The translations under genes and the position numbers were made by a program. Below are positions 9,465 through 18,000 of a DNA stretch of 64,000 bases, piece after piece; position 1 is the first letter of the stretch; every line of letters starts with the position of its first letter. The notes under the pieces were generated by a model, which did not search any database, was not told the DNA's origin, and saw nothing but the letters and a program-made list of their open reading frames with translations. Source of the DNA: Clostridia bacterium (GTDB lineage: Bacteria; Bacillota; Clostridia; Christensenellales; Aristaeellaceae); the NCBI GenBank assembly GCA_045591175.1, contig JAZNSI010000062.1, positions 5,983 through 69,982 on the forward strand. The letters run 5' to 3'.

Positions 9465-9545
9465 GCAGGCAGCGTGACGCTGCACCTCCCGGGCTTCCCC
9501 TCGAGGGGAAGCTGTCGCCGCCGCGACTGATGAGGTGGTTGCCTC
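9465..9545. repeat. Mosaic stem-loop repeat, copy between RCC1 terminator and GH94 promoter
   Basis: GCAGCGTGACGCTGCACC (also at 32289), CTTCCCCTCGAGGGGAAG and GTCGCCGCCGCGAC hairpins; inverted version of the module at 16444 and 56104. Confidence 0.7.
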
Positions 9546-9555
9546 TCCCAAGGCA

Positions 9556-9585
9556 GCAAAAAGGCTGCCGGTCAACCAGCAGCCT
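9556..9585 (-). terminator. Terminator after RCC1 gene
   Basis: Minus strand AGGCTGC..GCAGCCT stem then TTTTT. Confidence 0.7.
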
Positions 9586-9597
9586 GTGTATATGCAT

Positions 9598-10770
9598 TTA
9601 ATCCACAATCAAGTCCATCCCATTGGGCGCAAGGGTATACTTGCTCTTAGAGTTCCCCTCGCCCTGCTGGCCGAACTTGCTGATGCCGGCCGTCAGCACC
9701 GTGCCGTCCTTCAGCATCGCCACGCAGAAGAGGCTGCCGCCCTGCACCAGCACCACGTCGCTGTCCCAGACCTGGGCAGGCAGTACGCCCTCCGTGGAGG
9801 ATGAGCGGAAGCCCTGACCCAGCTGGCCGTAGCTGTTGTTGCCCCAGGACCACAGGGAGCCATCCTCCAGGATCGCGTAGGTCTGGGAGGAATAGGCCGC
9901 CACATAGGTCACCGGCAGGGGCAACGGCACAGCCTGCGGTTCCTTGGTGGGCTTGGCTTTCGTGTTGTAGCCCAGCTGGTGGAAGTCGTTGCGGCCCCAG
10001 GTCCAGAGGGTTCCCTCGGTGTCCAGCAGCACGATGCTGCCGCCGCAGGCGTCAATGTAGGCGATGTCGATATCGCCGGTGTCGATCTTCGTGGGGGTCT
10101 GGATGCGGGTCATCTTCTTGTCCGGGGAGAGCTCGAAATGCTCGTTGTCACCCCAGCCCCAGAGCTGGCCGTCCGCGTCCAGCGCGATGGAGAACTTGCC
10201 GCCGCAGGCAATCTGCACGATGTTCTGCAAGTCCACCTTATAGGGCTCCTGCACATGCTTGCGCTTGCCGTTGCCCACCTGATACTCGCTGTTGCGGCCC
10301 CAGGCGTAGACCTCGCCGTTTTCGGTCAGCATCATCGCATGGCCGAAGCCGGTGGCCATGGCAACAGGCGCTTCCGGCAGATTGGTTTTCACATGGGTGG
10401 AGTACTTGCCGGACTTCACCGTCAGGGGCAGGTAGGAATTATTGCCCGCGCCCCACACAGAGCCATCCTCCATGAGCATGAAGGAGTAATCCGAGGCCGT
10501 GACGATGTCCCGCAGCAGGGATACATCCAGCTCGGTGCTCTTGGTTTTGAACTCGAACACCTTCAAATTCTGGCTCACATGGCCCTTGCCCAGCTGGCCG
10601 AACTGGTTGTCGCCCCACACACGGAGCACGCCCTCGGAGTCCCGGGCGTACACAAAGCTGCCGCCCACAGCCAGCATCACGTTTTTACCGTCTTCCGTAT
10701 TCCAGGTGACGGCGGAGGCGGTGGAGATCATCAGGCACAGGAGGAGCAGCAAAGCGATCAGTTTCTTCAT
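9598..10770 (-). CDS. Secreted RCC1-repeat beta-propeller protein
   Basis: Signal peptide MKKLIALLLLLCLMISTASA; repeated WG(D/R/N)N..(Q/E)LG blades (WGDNQFGQLG, WGRNSEYQVG, WGRNDFHQLG, WGNNSYGQLG); ATGA overlap with upstream gene. Confidence 0.8.
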   Translation of the reverse strand: MKKLIALLLLLCLMISTASAVTWNTEDGKNVMLAVGGSFVYARDSEGVLRVWGDNQFGQLGKGHVSQNLKVFEFKTKSTELDVSLLRDIVTASDYSFMLMEDGSVWGAGNNSYLPLTVKSGKYSTHVKTNLPEAPVAMATGFGHAMMLTENGEVYAWGRNSEYQVGNGKRKHVQEPYKVDLQNIVQIACGGKFSIALDADGQLWGWGDNEHFELSPDKKMTRIQTPTKIDTGDIDIAYIDACGGSIVLLDTEGTLWTWGRNDFHQLGYNTKAKPTKEPQAVPLPLPVTYVAAYSSQTYAILEDGSLWSWGNNSYGQLGQGFRSSSTEGVLPAQVWDSDVVLVQGGSLFCVAMLKDGTVLTAGISKFGQQGEGNSKSKYTLAPNGMDLIVD

Positions 10771-11681
10771 GCGCGCACGTCCTCCTTATGGATGCGGCGG
10801 CAGATGACATAGCCCAGCCACACCAGCGCCGCAACCATCATCGCGTACACCAGCAGTTTGGGCCAGTTGGTCTTGTCCAGCGCGAAGATGGCGCCGATGG
10901 CCAGGCCCAGGCCCGCCGCCAGACCGAGCACGTCCAGCGCGACGCCCTTGGCGCCGATCTGCTTGCCGTTCTTCACCAGCAGACGCAGCAGCGTCACGCC
11001 CAGCGTCACCGCCAGGCCCAGGTGGGTCACCCGGGCAAAGACGAACACGGACAGGGAGTCATCCAGGCGCAGGGATTCCGGCAGGATCTGCACCAGGCAC
11101 CACAGCACCAGGGCATGCTGGAACAGCGCCCCCGCACTACGGCACCTGCTGCGGATGAAGGGCACAAAGGCCAGCACGATGGCCGTCAGCGCCGCCTCGA
11201 TGAAGCTGACGCAGACCTCCACCTCCATGAAATCGCCCACGCCCTGACCGGACAGGGGCTCCACCGTGCGGGCCAGGATGTACATCACCAGCCCCGGCAC
11301 GACGGCCATGTCCAGATACTCGGCAACGCTGCGTTTCGTCAGCGCAGCGGTAACAGGCGCCGCCAGCAGGATGCCGGCCACAAAGCCCATCACGTTCACG
11401 CTGCCCACCGTGGTGTCAAAAAAACGCCACACGCCGGCAAACTCGCCCATTTCATCCATAAAGATGTCCTGGAAGCAGATGACAGCATATACGCCGCGGC
11501 CCACCAGGAAACCCAGCGCCGCAGCGATCGCGCCATACAGGCAGACCTGCCCGGCGGAAAAGCCGCGCTTCTTCCGCAGCAGCAGCGCCAGGATCAGCGT
11601 TGCCGCGCCGCACAGCAGCAGAGCCAGCCAATGAATGGGAAACTCAAAATCTCCGAAATACCATACAGGCTTATCGTACAT
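10767..11681 (-). CDS. Lgt-superfamily polytopic membrane protein, divergent paralog
   Basis: 304 aa, ~7 TM; collinear with 33878-34846 (MYD.. N-terminus, ..QILPESLRLDD vs QILLEALRADN) but GRLxxxxNGE replaced by ARTVEPLSGQ; start 1 nt after upstream stop. Confidence 0.65.
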   Translation of the reverse strand: MYDKPVWYFGDFEFPIHWLALLLCGAATLILALLLRKKRGFSAGQVCLYGAIAAALGFLVGRGVYAVICFQDIFMDEMGEFAGVWRFFDTTVGSVNVMGFVAGILLAAPVTAALTKRSVAEYLDMAVVPGLVMYILARTVEPLSGQGVGDFMEVEVCVSFIEAALTAIVLAFVPFIRSRCRSAGALFQHALVLWCLVQILPESLRLDDSLSVFVFARVTHLGLAVTLGVTLLRLLVKNGKQIGAKGVALDVLGLAAGLGLAIGAIFALDKTNWPKLLVYAMMVAALVWLGYVICRRIHKEDVRA

Positions 11682-11682
11682 A

Positions 11683-12705
11683 TTATTTCACCAGCGTTGC
11701 AAAGTAGATGATGTCACTCACCTGACGCTCAATGTCGGGGCAATTCACCTTGACGTAGGTGAAGCGCTTTTTATCGTTGAAGCCCTTGAAATTCAGCGTG
11801 GTGGAGTTGCCGCCATCCAGGTTGAAGGCCAGCAGGCAGCCATTCTCCGGATTGAGCTTTTTACCAGCGATCTCGCACACCTGGGCGAACTCATAAATGG
11901 TCATGCCCTTGTTGCCCTTGGTCTGGTTGCCGTAGGAAGCCACCAGCATGTACTCCAGCGGGCCCAGCTGGCAGATCGCCGCGCGCTGAGCAGCGTTCTG
12001 GGAACCGATGGACTTGTTCAGGTAGGCTTCGTCAATGACGCTCACACCGTTCTCCACCAGCACGGGGCCAAAGCAGAACACCTGGTACATGTTCTCCTGA
12101 TTCGCCTCGTAGTACGCAGTGTAGTCCGCCTTCAGCGGGTACAGGGGGCCGTTCTTCTTGTCCTTGTTGCCGCTGATATGGGAAAAATCGCCGTTCTTGT
12201 CGATGATCAGCAGATCATAGCGGCCATCCAGGTTATTGCGGACCTGAGTGCCCATGCGGAAGGTCGCCTTGCCGTCGGTCTTGATATGGAAGTCGCCGTT
12301 GAGGGACACGACCGCATTGACCGCATCCGCAATGAAGCGTCCGCGGGTTTTGGAGCCCTGCTTGAAGCTGGGATTCTTGAGGCCCTCGCTGTCAATGCTC
12401 GCAGGCGCAGAGCGCAGCTGGGAAGGATGGCTGATCTTCACATGTGCATAGATATAATCGGTGTCCGCGTGCCGATCCTTATAGATCCGCACAGAGATGG
12501 ACTCATCTTCATAACCGATATGGGAAATATACTCCTGCTTCTTGACCGGCTCTTCCGGATTGACGATATAGTTTTCATCCTTGGGCTTGGCGCCAAAGGA
12601 CAGATCATCCATCGGCAGGGGCTCCAGCACGGTTTCCGCCGAAACAGTCACGGTCAGCGCCATCACGAGCAGCATCAGCAGGGCAGCGATCTTCTTGAGA
12701 TTCAT
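11683..12705 (-). CDS. Secreted phosphodiester glycosidase family protein (DUF2233/NAGPA-like)
   Basis: Signal peptide; YEDESISVRIY..YAHVKISHPSQLRS, SLNGDF, FGPVLVENG, AFNLDGGNSTT, DIIYFAT; paralog of 34857-35762. Confidence 0.75.
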   Translation of the reverse strand: MNLKKIAALLMLLVMALTVTVSAETVLEPLPMDDLSFGAKPKDENYIVNPEEPVKKQEYISHIGYEDESISVRIYKDRHADTDYIYAHVKISHPSQLRSAPASIDSEGLKNPSFKQGSKTRGRFIADAVNAVVSLNGDFHIKTDGKATFRMGTQVRNNLDGRYDLLIIDKNGDFSHISGNKDKKNGPLYPLKADYTAYYEANQENMYQVFCFGPVLVENGVSVIDEAYLNKSIGSQNAAQRAAICQLGPLEYMLVASYGNQTKGNKGMTIYEFAQVCEIAGKKLNPENGCLLAFNLDGGNSTTLNFKGFNDKKRFTYVKVNCPDIERQVSDIIYFATLVK

Positions 12706-12760
12706 CGGGCAGATTCACTCCTTACGGTCATTGACAAAGATGCATAGTTTGTCATCATTC

Positions 12761-12789
12761 AGCATAGCACAAACCGGGGGAAAAATCAA
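12761..12789 (-). promoter_or_regulatory. Promoter of DUF2233/Lgt-like/RCC1 operon
   Basis: Minus strand TTGATT-17 nt-TATGCT. Confidence 0.5.
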
Positions 12790-12818
12790 GGTGCGGAAAG
12801 CGCAGGAGACCATCCGGG

Positions 12819-12847
12819 TTGCAAATCCAGCGGGATGCTGGTATAAT
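12819..12847 (+). promoter_or_regulatory. Promoter of comEC
   Basis: TTGCAA-17 nt-TATAAT. Confidence 0.6.
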
Positions 12848-12917
12848 GTCTGTAAGTACATGCAACATGCATGCTTTTTCGGGAATTTTCTGCAATATCG
12901 ATGTATTGGAGCAAATG

Positions 12918-15209
12918 ATGAAAACGATGAATCTGCAACACGGCAAATCCTCCGTTCCCCACGCATGGCTGCTGCCGCTGGGGACGCTGGCCTTTGCAGT
13001 CGGCATCCTGCTGGGACGGGGTGCGGATAGCTGGACATTGCCCCTGGCAGCACTGGCGGCGGCAGCGGCAGCCGCAGGCGTCTCGCGGGGGCGGATCCGC
13101 AGAGGCGCAGCGCTGATGACGATCCTCTGCTTCGGTGCGCTGATGGGCTGGCGGGCTTATCACCCGGATATGCCGCCGGAGGACACTTATCTGGCGCGAG
13201 GCACGGTGCTGGAGGAGGTCTCCTGCGATGATGACGGTCAGGTGCAAACCACCCTGACCGGCGTGACCCTCAACGGCGTCCCTCAGCCCGACGCCTACTG
13301 GTCCTACTACCTCAAGGAGGATGAAAACCTGCCGGAATGGCTGATCCCCGGTGCACAGATCGAAACCACAGCCAGGGTTTATCATCCGTCGGGGCAGGAG
13401 AATCCTGGCGGTTTTGATTTCAGGGAATACCTGCTGCAGCGGGGCGTTGTGTACGGTCTGTACGGCGGCGACGGCCTGCAGCAGACGGAGAACGGCTTCT
13501 CCCTGCGGGGATGGGCGGCTAGTCTTCGGCATGACCTGACGATGCGCCTCTTTGGGGTGATGGGCGCGGACGCCGGCGCTTATGCAGCAGCCATGCTCCT
13601 GGGCACAAAGGATTTCATCCCCCAGGATGAGCATGCGGCCTTCCGCGAGCTGGGCATTGCCCATGTGCTCACCGTATCCGGCTTTCATGTGGGCGTGCTG
13701 ATCGGACTGCTGGCCCTGCTGATGAAGCCCCTCCCCCTGCGCCGCGGCGTTCGCATGGCGCTGGACGCGTTCATTCTCTTTGCATATTGCCTGCTTTGCG
13801 GCGGAAACGCACCGGTCGTCCGGGCGGCTTTTTTACTTTTATGGAGAAAATATGCACAGCTTCGCCACCGGCAGATCCTTCCGCTGCATCTGCTGAGCGC
13901 GTCGGCGCTTTTGCAGCTGCTGATCAACCCCACGCTGCTGACCGGCGTATCCTTTCAGCTGACTTACGGCGCAATGCTGGGGCTGATCCTGCTCTTTCCG
14001 CGGCTGAAGCGGCTGCGAGCCTTCTCCGACCCTTTGGCACAGAAGCTGTGGGAAGGCTTCTGCGCAGCGCTGGCAGTGCAGCTGGGATTGCTCTTTCCGC
14101 AGCTGTACTGGTTCGGGCAACTGCCACTGCTGGCGCTGCTGCTCAATCCCGTCGTGATGATCTTGGTCACCGGCTTGATCACCCTGTACTGGCTGAACCT
14201 GGCAGCCTTGCCCATCCCCGGCCTGCGGGAAGCGCTTGGGGCGCTTTCTGCCTGTGCCACGAAAAGCTTGCTGGAGGCAGTCGCCTGGCTGCAGCAGCTG
14301 CCCGTCACCACTCTGTGGACGCGCCAGGCGGACGTATTCACCTTCTGCGGGTGCGCGCTGCTGCTCCTGGCGGCCTCCGGGCTGCTGCCCCGGTGGATTC
14401 TCCCCCACCGGCGCAAGCTCCTGGCCCTTTCCGCGCTGCTGATCGCCCTGATCCTCCTCCCCCTGCCGCGAAACAGCACGCACTACGTCCAGTTCAGCGT
14501 CGGCGATGCAGATGCTGCCGCCCTGCTGGATCAGGACATGACCATCGTGATCGACACGGGCGAGGACGGCGTGGAGATCGCCAGTTACCTGCACCACCAG
14601 CGGCGGCGGGTGGACGCGATGTTCATCACCCACCTACACACCGATCACGCGCTGGGCATCATGGCCTTCCTCAATCAGGGTGTCCCGGTGGATGTGTGCT
14701 ATTTGCCCGCCGATGCGGAAGTCCCCGTCATTGACGAGGAGGCGCTGCCCGTCCTGGCGGCCCTGCGGGAAAGCGGCACGGAGATCCGCTACCTCTCCCG
14801 GGGCGATACGGTAGAGATCCCCAGCGGCGTGCTGACCGTGCTCTGGCCGATGGCGGATCATGTCCGTCCCCAGCACGACGCCAACGACGTGAACCTCGTC
14901 CTCCAGGCGGACATTGCCGGGGTAACGATGCTCCTCACCGGCGACCTTTCGGGCATGCACGCTGCCTACTGCGCGCTGCCCTCCGATATCCTCAAGGCGC
15001 CCCATCATGGCAGCAAAGTCGCCAATTCTGCGGAGCTGCTGGACGCAGTACAGCCCCAGCTCATCCTGCAAAGCAACCGCCTGGAATCCCGCAGCCTCCA
15101 CCTGGCGGAGCTCGCCGGGGATATCCCCCTGATCAACACGGACGAGCACGGCGCGGCCATCATCCACTTCACCGGCGACGGGCAATTCACCGTGGAAACC
15201 GGCAAGTGA
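12918..15209 (+). CDS. comEC: DNA internalization competence protein ComEC/Rec2
   Basis: Many TM helices, competence domain (GIAHVLTVSGFHVG) and C-terminal metallo-beta-lactamase motif ITHLHTDHALG; track start 12819 (TTG) is the -35 box; ATG 12915/12918/12927 possible. Confidence 0.85.
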   Translation: MKTMNLQHGKSSVPHAWLLPLGTLAFAVGILLGRGADSWTLPLAALAAAAAAAGVSRGRIRRGAALMTILCFGALMGWRAYHPDMPPEDTYLARGTVLEEVSCDDDGQVQTTLTGVTLNGVPQPDAYWSYYLKEDENLPEWLIPGAQIETTARVYHPSGQENPGGFDFREYLLQRGVVYGLYGGDGLQQTENGFSLRGWAASLRHDLTMRLFGVMGADAGAYAAAMLLGTKDFIPQDEHAAFRELGIAHVLTVSGFHVGVLIGLLALLMKPLPLRRGVRMALDAFILFAYCLLCGGNAPVVRAAFLLLWRKYAQLRHRQILPLHLLSASALLQLLINPTLLTGVSFQLTYGAMLGLILLFPRLKRLRAFSDPLAQKLWEGFCAALAVQLGLLFPQLYWFGQLPLLALLLNPVVMILVTGLITLYWLNLAALPIPGLREALGALSACATKSLLEAVAWLQQLPVTTLWTRQADVFTFCGCALLLLAASGLLPRWILPHRRKLLALSALLIALILLPLPRNSTHYVQFSVGDADAAALLDQDMTIVIDTGEDGVEIASYLHHQRRRVDAMFITHLHTDHALGIMAFLNQGVPVDVCYLPADAEVPVIDEEALPVLAALRESGTEIRYLSRGDTVEIPSGVLTVLWPMADHVRPQHDANDVNLVLQADIAGVTMLLTGDLSGMHAAYCALPSDILKAPHHGSKVANSAELLDAVQPQLILQSNRLESRSLHLAELAGDIPLINTDEHGAAIIHFTGDGQFTVETGK

Positions 15210-15275
15210 CAACGCTGCCAACCTGTGAAACGGATGAAAAACCATCAGGAATACAATGAGAATACGGCGTTTTTC

Positions 15276-15304
15276 TTGCCAACGCGCGGGTTTTTGCGTA
15301 TAAT
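15276..15304 (+). promoter_or_regulatory. Promoter of glf
   Basis: TTGCCA-17 nt-TATAAT. Confidence 0.6.
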
Positions 15305-15343
15305 CAAGATGGATAACGTTTGGTTTACGGAGGATTGACGGCC

Positions 15344-16459
15344 ATGAAGTATGATTACCTGATCGTCGGCGCGGGCCTGTTCGGCTGCGTCTTTGCGCGG
15401 GAAATGACGGACGCAGGCAAGAAGTGCCTGGTCATCGATCGCCGCGATCACATTGGCGGCAATGTGTACTGCGCGGACATCGAGGGCGTGTGTGTCCACC
15501 GCTACGGCGCGCATATCTTCCACACCGCCGACGAGGAAGTCTGGCAGTACGTACAGCGCTTCGTGACCTTCAACAATTATGTGAACTCCCCCATGGCCCG
15601 CATCGGGGATGAGATCTACAACATGCCCTTCAACATGAACACCTTCTCGAAGCTGTGGGGCGTGAAGACCCCTGCCGAGGCCATGGCGAAGATCGCTGAG
15701 CAGACCGCGCCCTACAAGGACATCGAGCCCGCCAACCTCGAGGAGCAGGCCCTGAAGCTCGTGGGCCGCGATATCTACGAAAAGCTGGTCAAGTCCTATA
15801 CCGAGAAGCAGTGGGGCCGCAAGTGCACCGAGCTCCCGGCGTTCATCATCCGCCGATTGCCCCTGCGCTTCACCTATGACAACAACTACTTCACCCACCC
15901 CCATCAGGGCATCCCGGTGGAGGGCTACAACGCCCTGGCCGAGAAGCTGCTGGCCGGCAGCGACGTCAAGACCGGCGTGGAGTACCGCGCCTTCATCGCG
16001 GAGAATCCCGATATCGCCGAAAAGACCGTCTACACCGGCGCCATCGACGAATTCTTCGATTACCAGCTGGGCCACCTGCAGTACCGCACCGTCCGCTTTG
16101 AGGATGAAATCATCGACACCCCGAACTGGCAGGGCGTGGCCGTGGTCAACTACACCGGCGACACCGAGGCCTTTACCCGTATCATCGAGCACAAACACTT
16201 TACCTTCATGCAGAACCAGAACGCGTCGAAGACCGTCATCAGCCGCGAGTACCCCACCGAGTGGACCCCCGGCATGGAGCCCTACTACCCCGTGAACGAC
16301 GAGCGCAACTCCGCGCTATTCCAGCAGTACCAGGAGCTGGCCAAGACCCGCCCCGACGTGATCTTCGGCGGCCGCCTGGGCAACTACCGCTACTACGACA
16401 TGGATCAGGTCATCCGCGCCGCGCTGGATGCGGTGAAGACAGCCCTCTCAGTCAGCTGA
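15344..16459 (+). CDS. glf: UDP-galactopyranose mutase
   Basis: MKYDYLIVGAGLFGCVFA (GxGxxG), HIGGN, RYGAHIFHT, ~370 aa; GGAGG before ATG 15344. Confidence 0.95.
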   Translation: MKYDYLIVGAGLFGCVFAREMTDAGKKCLVIDRRDHIGGNVYCADIEGVCVHRYGAHIFHTADEEVWQYVQRFVTFNNYVNSPMARIGDEIYNMPFNMNTFSKLWGVKTPAEAMAKIAEQTAPYKDIEPANLEEQALKLVGRDIYEKLVKSYTEKQWGRKCTELPAFIIRRLPLRFTYDNNYFTHPHQGIPVEGYNALAEKLLAGSDVKTGVEYRAFIAENPDIAEKTVYTGAIDEFFDYQLGHLQYRTVRFEDEIIDTPNWQGVAVVNYTGDTEAFTRIIEHKHFTFMQNQNASKTVISREYPTEWTPGMEPYYPVNDERNSALFQQYQELAKTRPDVIFGGRLGNYRYYDMDQVIRAALDAVKTALSVS

Positions 16460-16860
16460 AGCTGACAGCTCTCCCTCCGGGAGAGCCTTTGGCTGCAGTA
16501 TATCCCGTACCCCTCCGCAGGAGGGGGCCACCTCTCACTACTATGCAAGTGAAGACGAGTCAGCGCGACGCGAGGACTCTGTGAACGCCGCACAAGCCGG
16601 ACTCAAGTCAACTTGCGCGTTCACAGATCCGAGCCAAAGCTCACCCAGCCCAAACGCCAATCCCGCGCAAGCCGGCAGCCCGGCCGATGTGCGGCCGGAC
16701 GCACAACTCCACGCGCACATCCAGCCGCACGCGAGCGCAACTCCAAAAGAACCAATCAACCACGATCGCGAAATGGGTTTCGAAAGGGTCGAAGACCCTT
16801 CGCGGGTGGAGGGCAGCGCCCTCCCCACCGGAGGTCGGAACCCGACTGGCGCCCCCACAC
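16444..16860 (+). repeat. Long mosaic stem-loop element filling the glf-GT2 spacer
   Basis: Chain of GC hairpins; 25-, 25- and 18-nt blocks identical to revcomp of 40318-40547; first hairpin includes the glf stop codon. Confidence 0.8.
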
Positions 16861-16877
16861 ATCAGGAGGAAACACAC

Positions 16878-17891
16878 ATGAAGCTGCTTTCCGTTGCCAT
16901 TCCCAGCTATAACTCGTCCGCGTATATGCGGCATTGCATCGAAACCCTGCTGACCGGCGGCGACGAGGTCGAGATCCTCATCGTCAATGACGGCTCCACC
17001 AAGGATAATACCGCGGAGATCGCCGATGAGTACGCCGCGAAGTATCCCGGTCAGTGCGTCGCCGTCCATAAGGAGAACGGCGGCCATGGCGATGCGGTCA
17101 TGCATGGCCTGATGAATGCCACCGGCCTGTACTTCAAGGTGGTCGATTCCGATGACTGGGTGGACGAAGAGGCCCTCAAGAAGGTGCTGGACTTCCTGCG
17201 TGCCCATAAGGATGACGGCCTGGATATGCTCGTGGCGAACTATGTCTACGAGAAGGAGGGCGCGGCCCATAAGCATGTCGTGCGCTTCCCCAAGGCGCTG
17301 CCGGAAGGCAAGATCATCACCTGGGATGAGATCGGCCGCTTCGGCTATGGTCAGTACATGCTGATGCATACGCTGATCTACCGCCGCCAGCTGCTGTTGG
17401 ACTGCGGCCTCACCCTGCCCAAGAAGACCTTCTACGTGGATAACCTCTACGCCTACAAGCCCCTCACCCATGTGAAGACCCTGGCGTACCTGAACGTCGA
17501 CCTGTACCGCTACTTCATCGGCCGCGACGACCAGAGCGTCAACGAGAAGGTCATGATCAGCCGCATTGACCAGCAGATCCGCGTGAACAAGATGATGATC
17601 GCCGTCACGCCGCTGAGCAAGCTCGAGAACGTGAAGCAGCGCAAGTACATGCGCAACTTCCTGGAGATCGTGACCTGCGTCAGCTCCATCCTGTGCGTAA
17701 AGTCTGGCACGGAGGAGAATCTGGCCAAGAAGAAGCAGCTCTGGGCGGACATCAAGGCCGAAAACCCCGAGCTGTACAAGATCTTGCGTCGCCGTCCGCT
17801 GGGCATCGCGCTGCACCTGCCGGGCAAGGCGGGCAGGAAGATCATGATCTGGGGCTACAGCGTGGCACAGAAGATTTTCGGGTTTAACTGA
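16878..17891 (+). CDS. Family 2 glycosyltransferase (possible galactofuranosyltransferase, by context with glf)
   Basis: LSVAIPSYNSSAYM..ILIVNDGSTKDNT..VDSDDW (DxD); AGGAGGA 7 nt before ATG 16878; first 99 track codons lie in a repeat element. Confidence 0.85.
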   Translation: MKLLSVAIPSYNSSAYMRHCIETLLTGGDEVEILIVNDGSTKDNTAEIADEYAAKYPGQCVAVHKENGGHGDAVMHGLMNATGLYFKVVDSDDWVDEEALKKVLDFLRAHKDDGLDMLVANYVYEKEGAAHKHVVRFPKALPEGKIITWDEIGRFGYGQYMLMHTLIYRRQLLLDCGLTLPKKTFYVDNLYAYKPLTHVKTLAYLNVDLYRYFIGRDDQSVNEKVMISRIDQQIRVNKMMIAVTPLSKLENVKQRKYMRNFLEIVTCVSSILCVKSGTEENLAKKKQLWADIKAENPELYKILRRRPLGIALHLPGKAGRKIMIWGYSVAQKIFGFN

Positions 17892-17898
17892 TGATTAC

Positions 17899-17925
17899 GT
17901 CCCTCGCAGTTGCGGGGGACTTTTC
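17899..17925 (+). terminator. Terminator after GT2 gene
   Basis: GTCCCTCGC agtt GCGGGGGAC then TTTT. Confidence 0.7.
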
Positions 17926-17949
17926 ATGCCGTTATTTGTGATGAATGTA

Positions 17950-17978
17950 TTGACAAACGATAAATATAATGCTAATAT
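17950..17978 (+). promoter_or_regulatory. Promoter of 18001-18789
   Basis: TTGACA-17 nt-TAATAT. Confidence 0.55.
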
Positions 17979-18000
17979 CAATGCGCGAGGAGGTGCGCGC

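Noticed and set aside
16444-16860. Whether the repeated GC hairpins could be a CRISPR array or a riboswitch of a known class.
   Set aside because: There is no regular repeat-spacer periodicity and no cas genes. The modules occur in both orientations and at many unrelated loci. I recognise no known riboswitch core (TPP, SAM, FMN, c-di-GMP, T-box and so on).
16581-16877. N-terminal extensions given by the ORF track: GT2 (99 extra codons), SBP (46366-46575), four-repeat protein (51159-51308), 59484-60179, CapA fusion (37689-37751), GH26-like (40262-40315) and comEC (12819-12917).
   Set aside because: The extensions run through repeat elements, promoters or terminators and have no RBS. In every case an internal ATG with a GGAGG-type RBS coincides with the start of the signal peptide or conserved domain.
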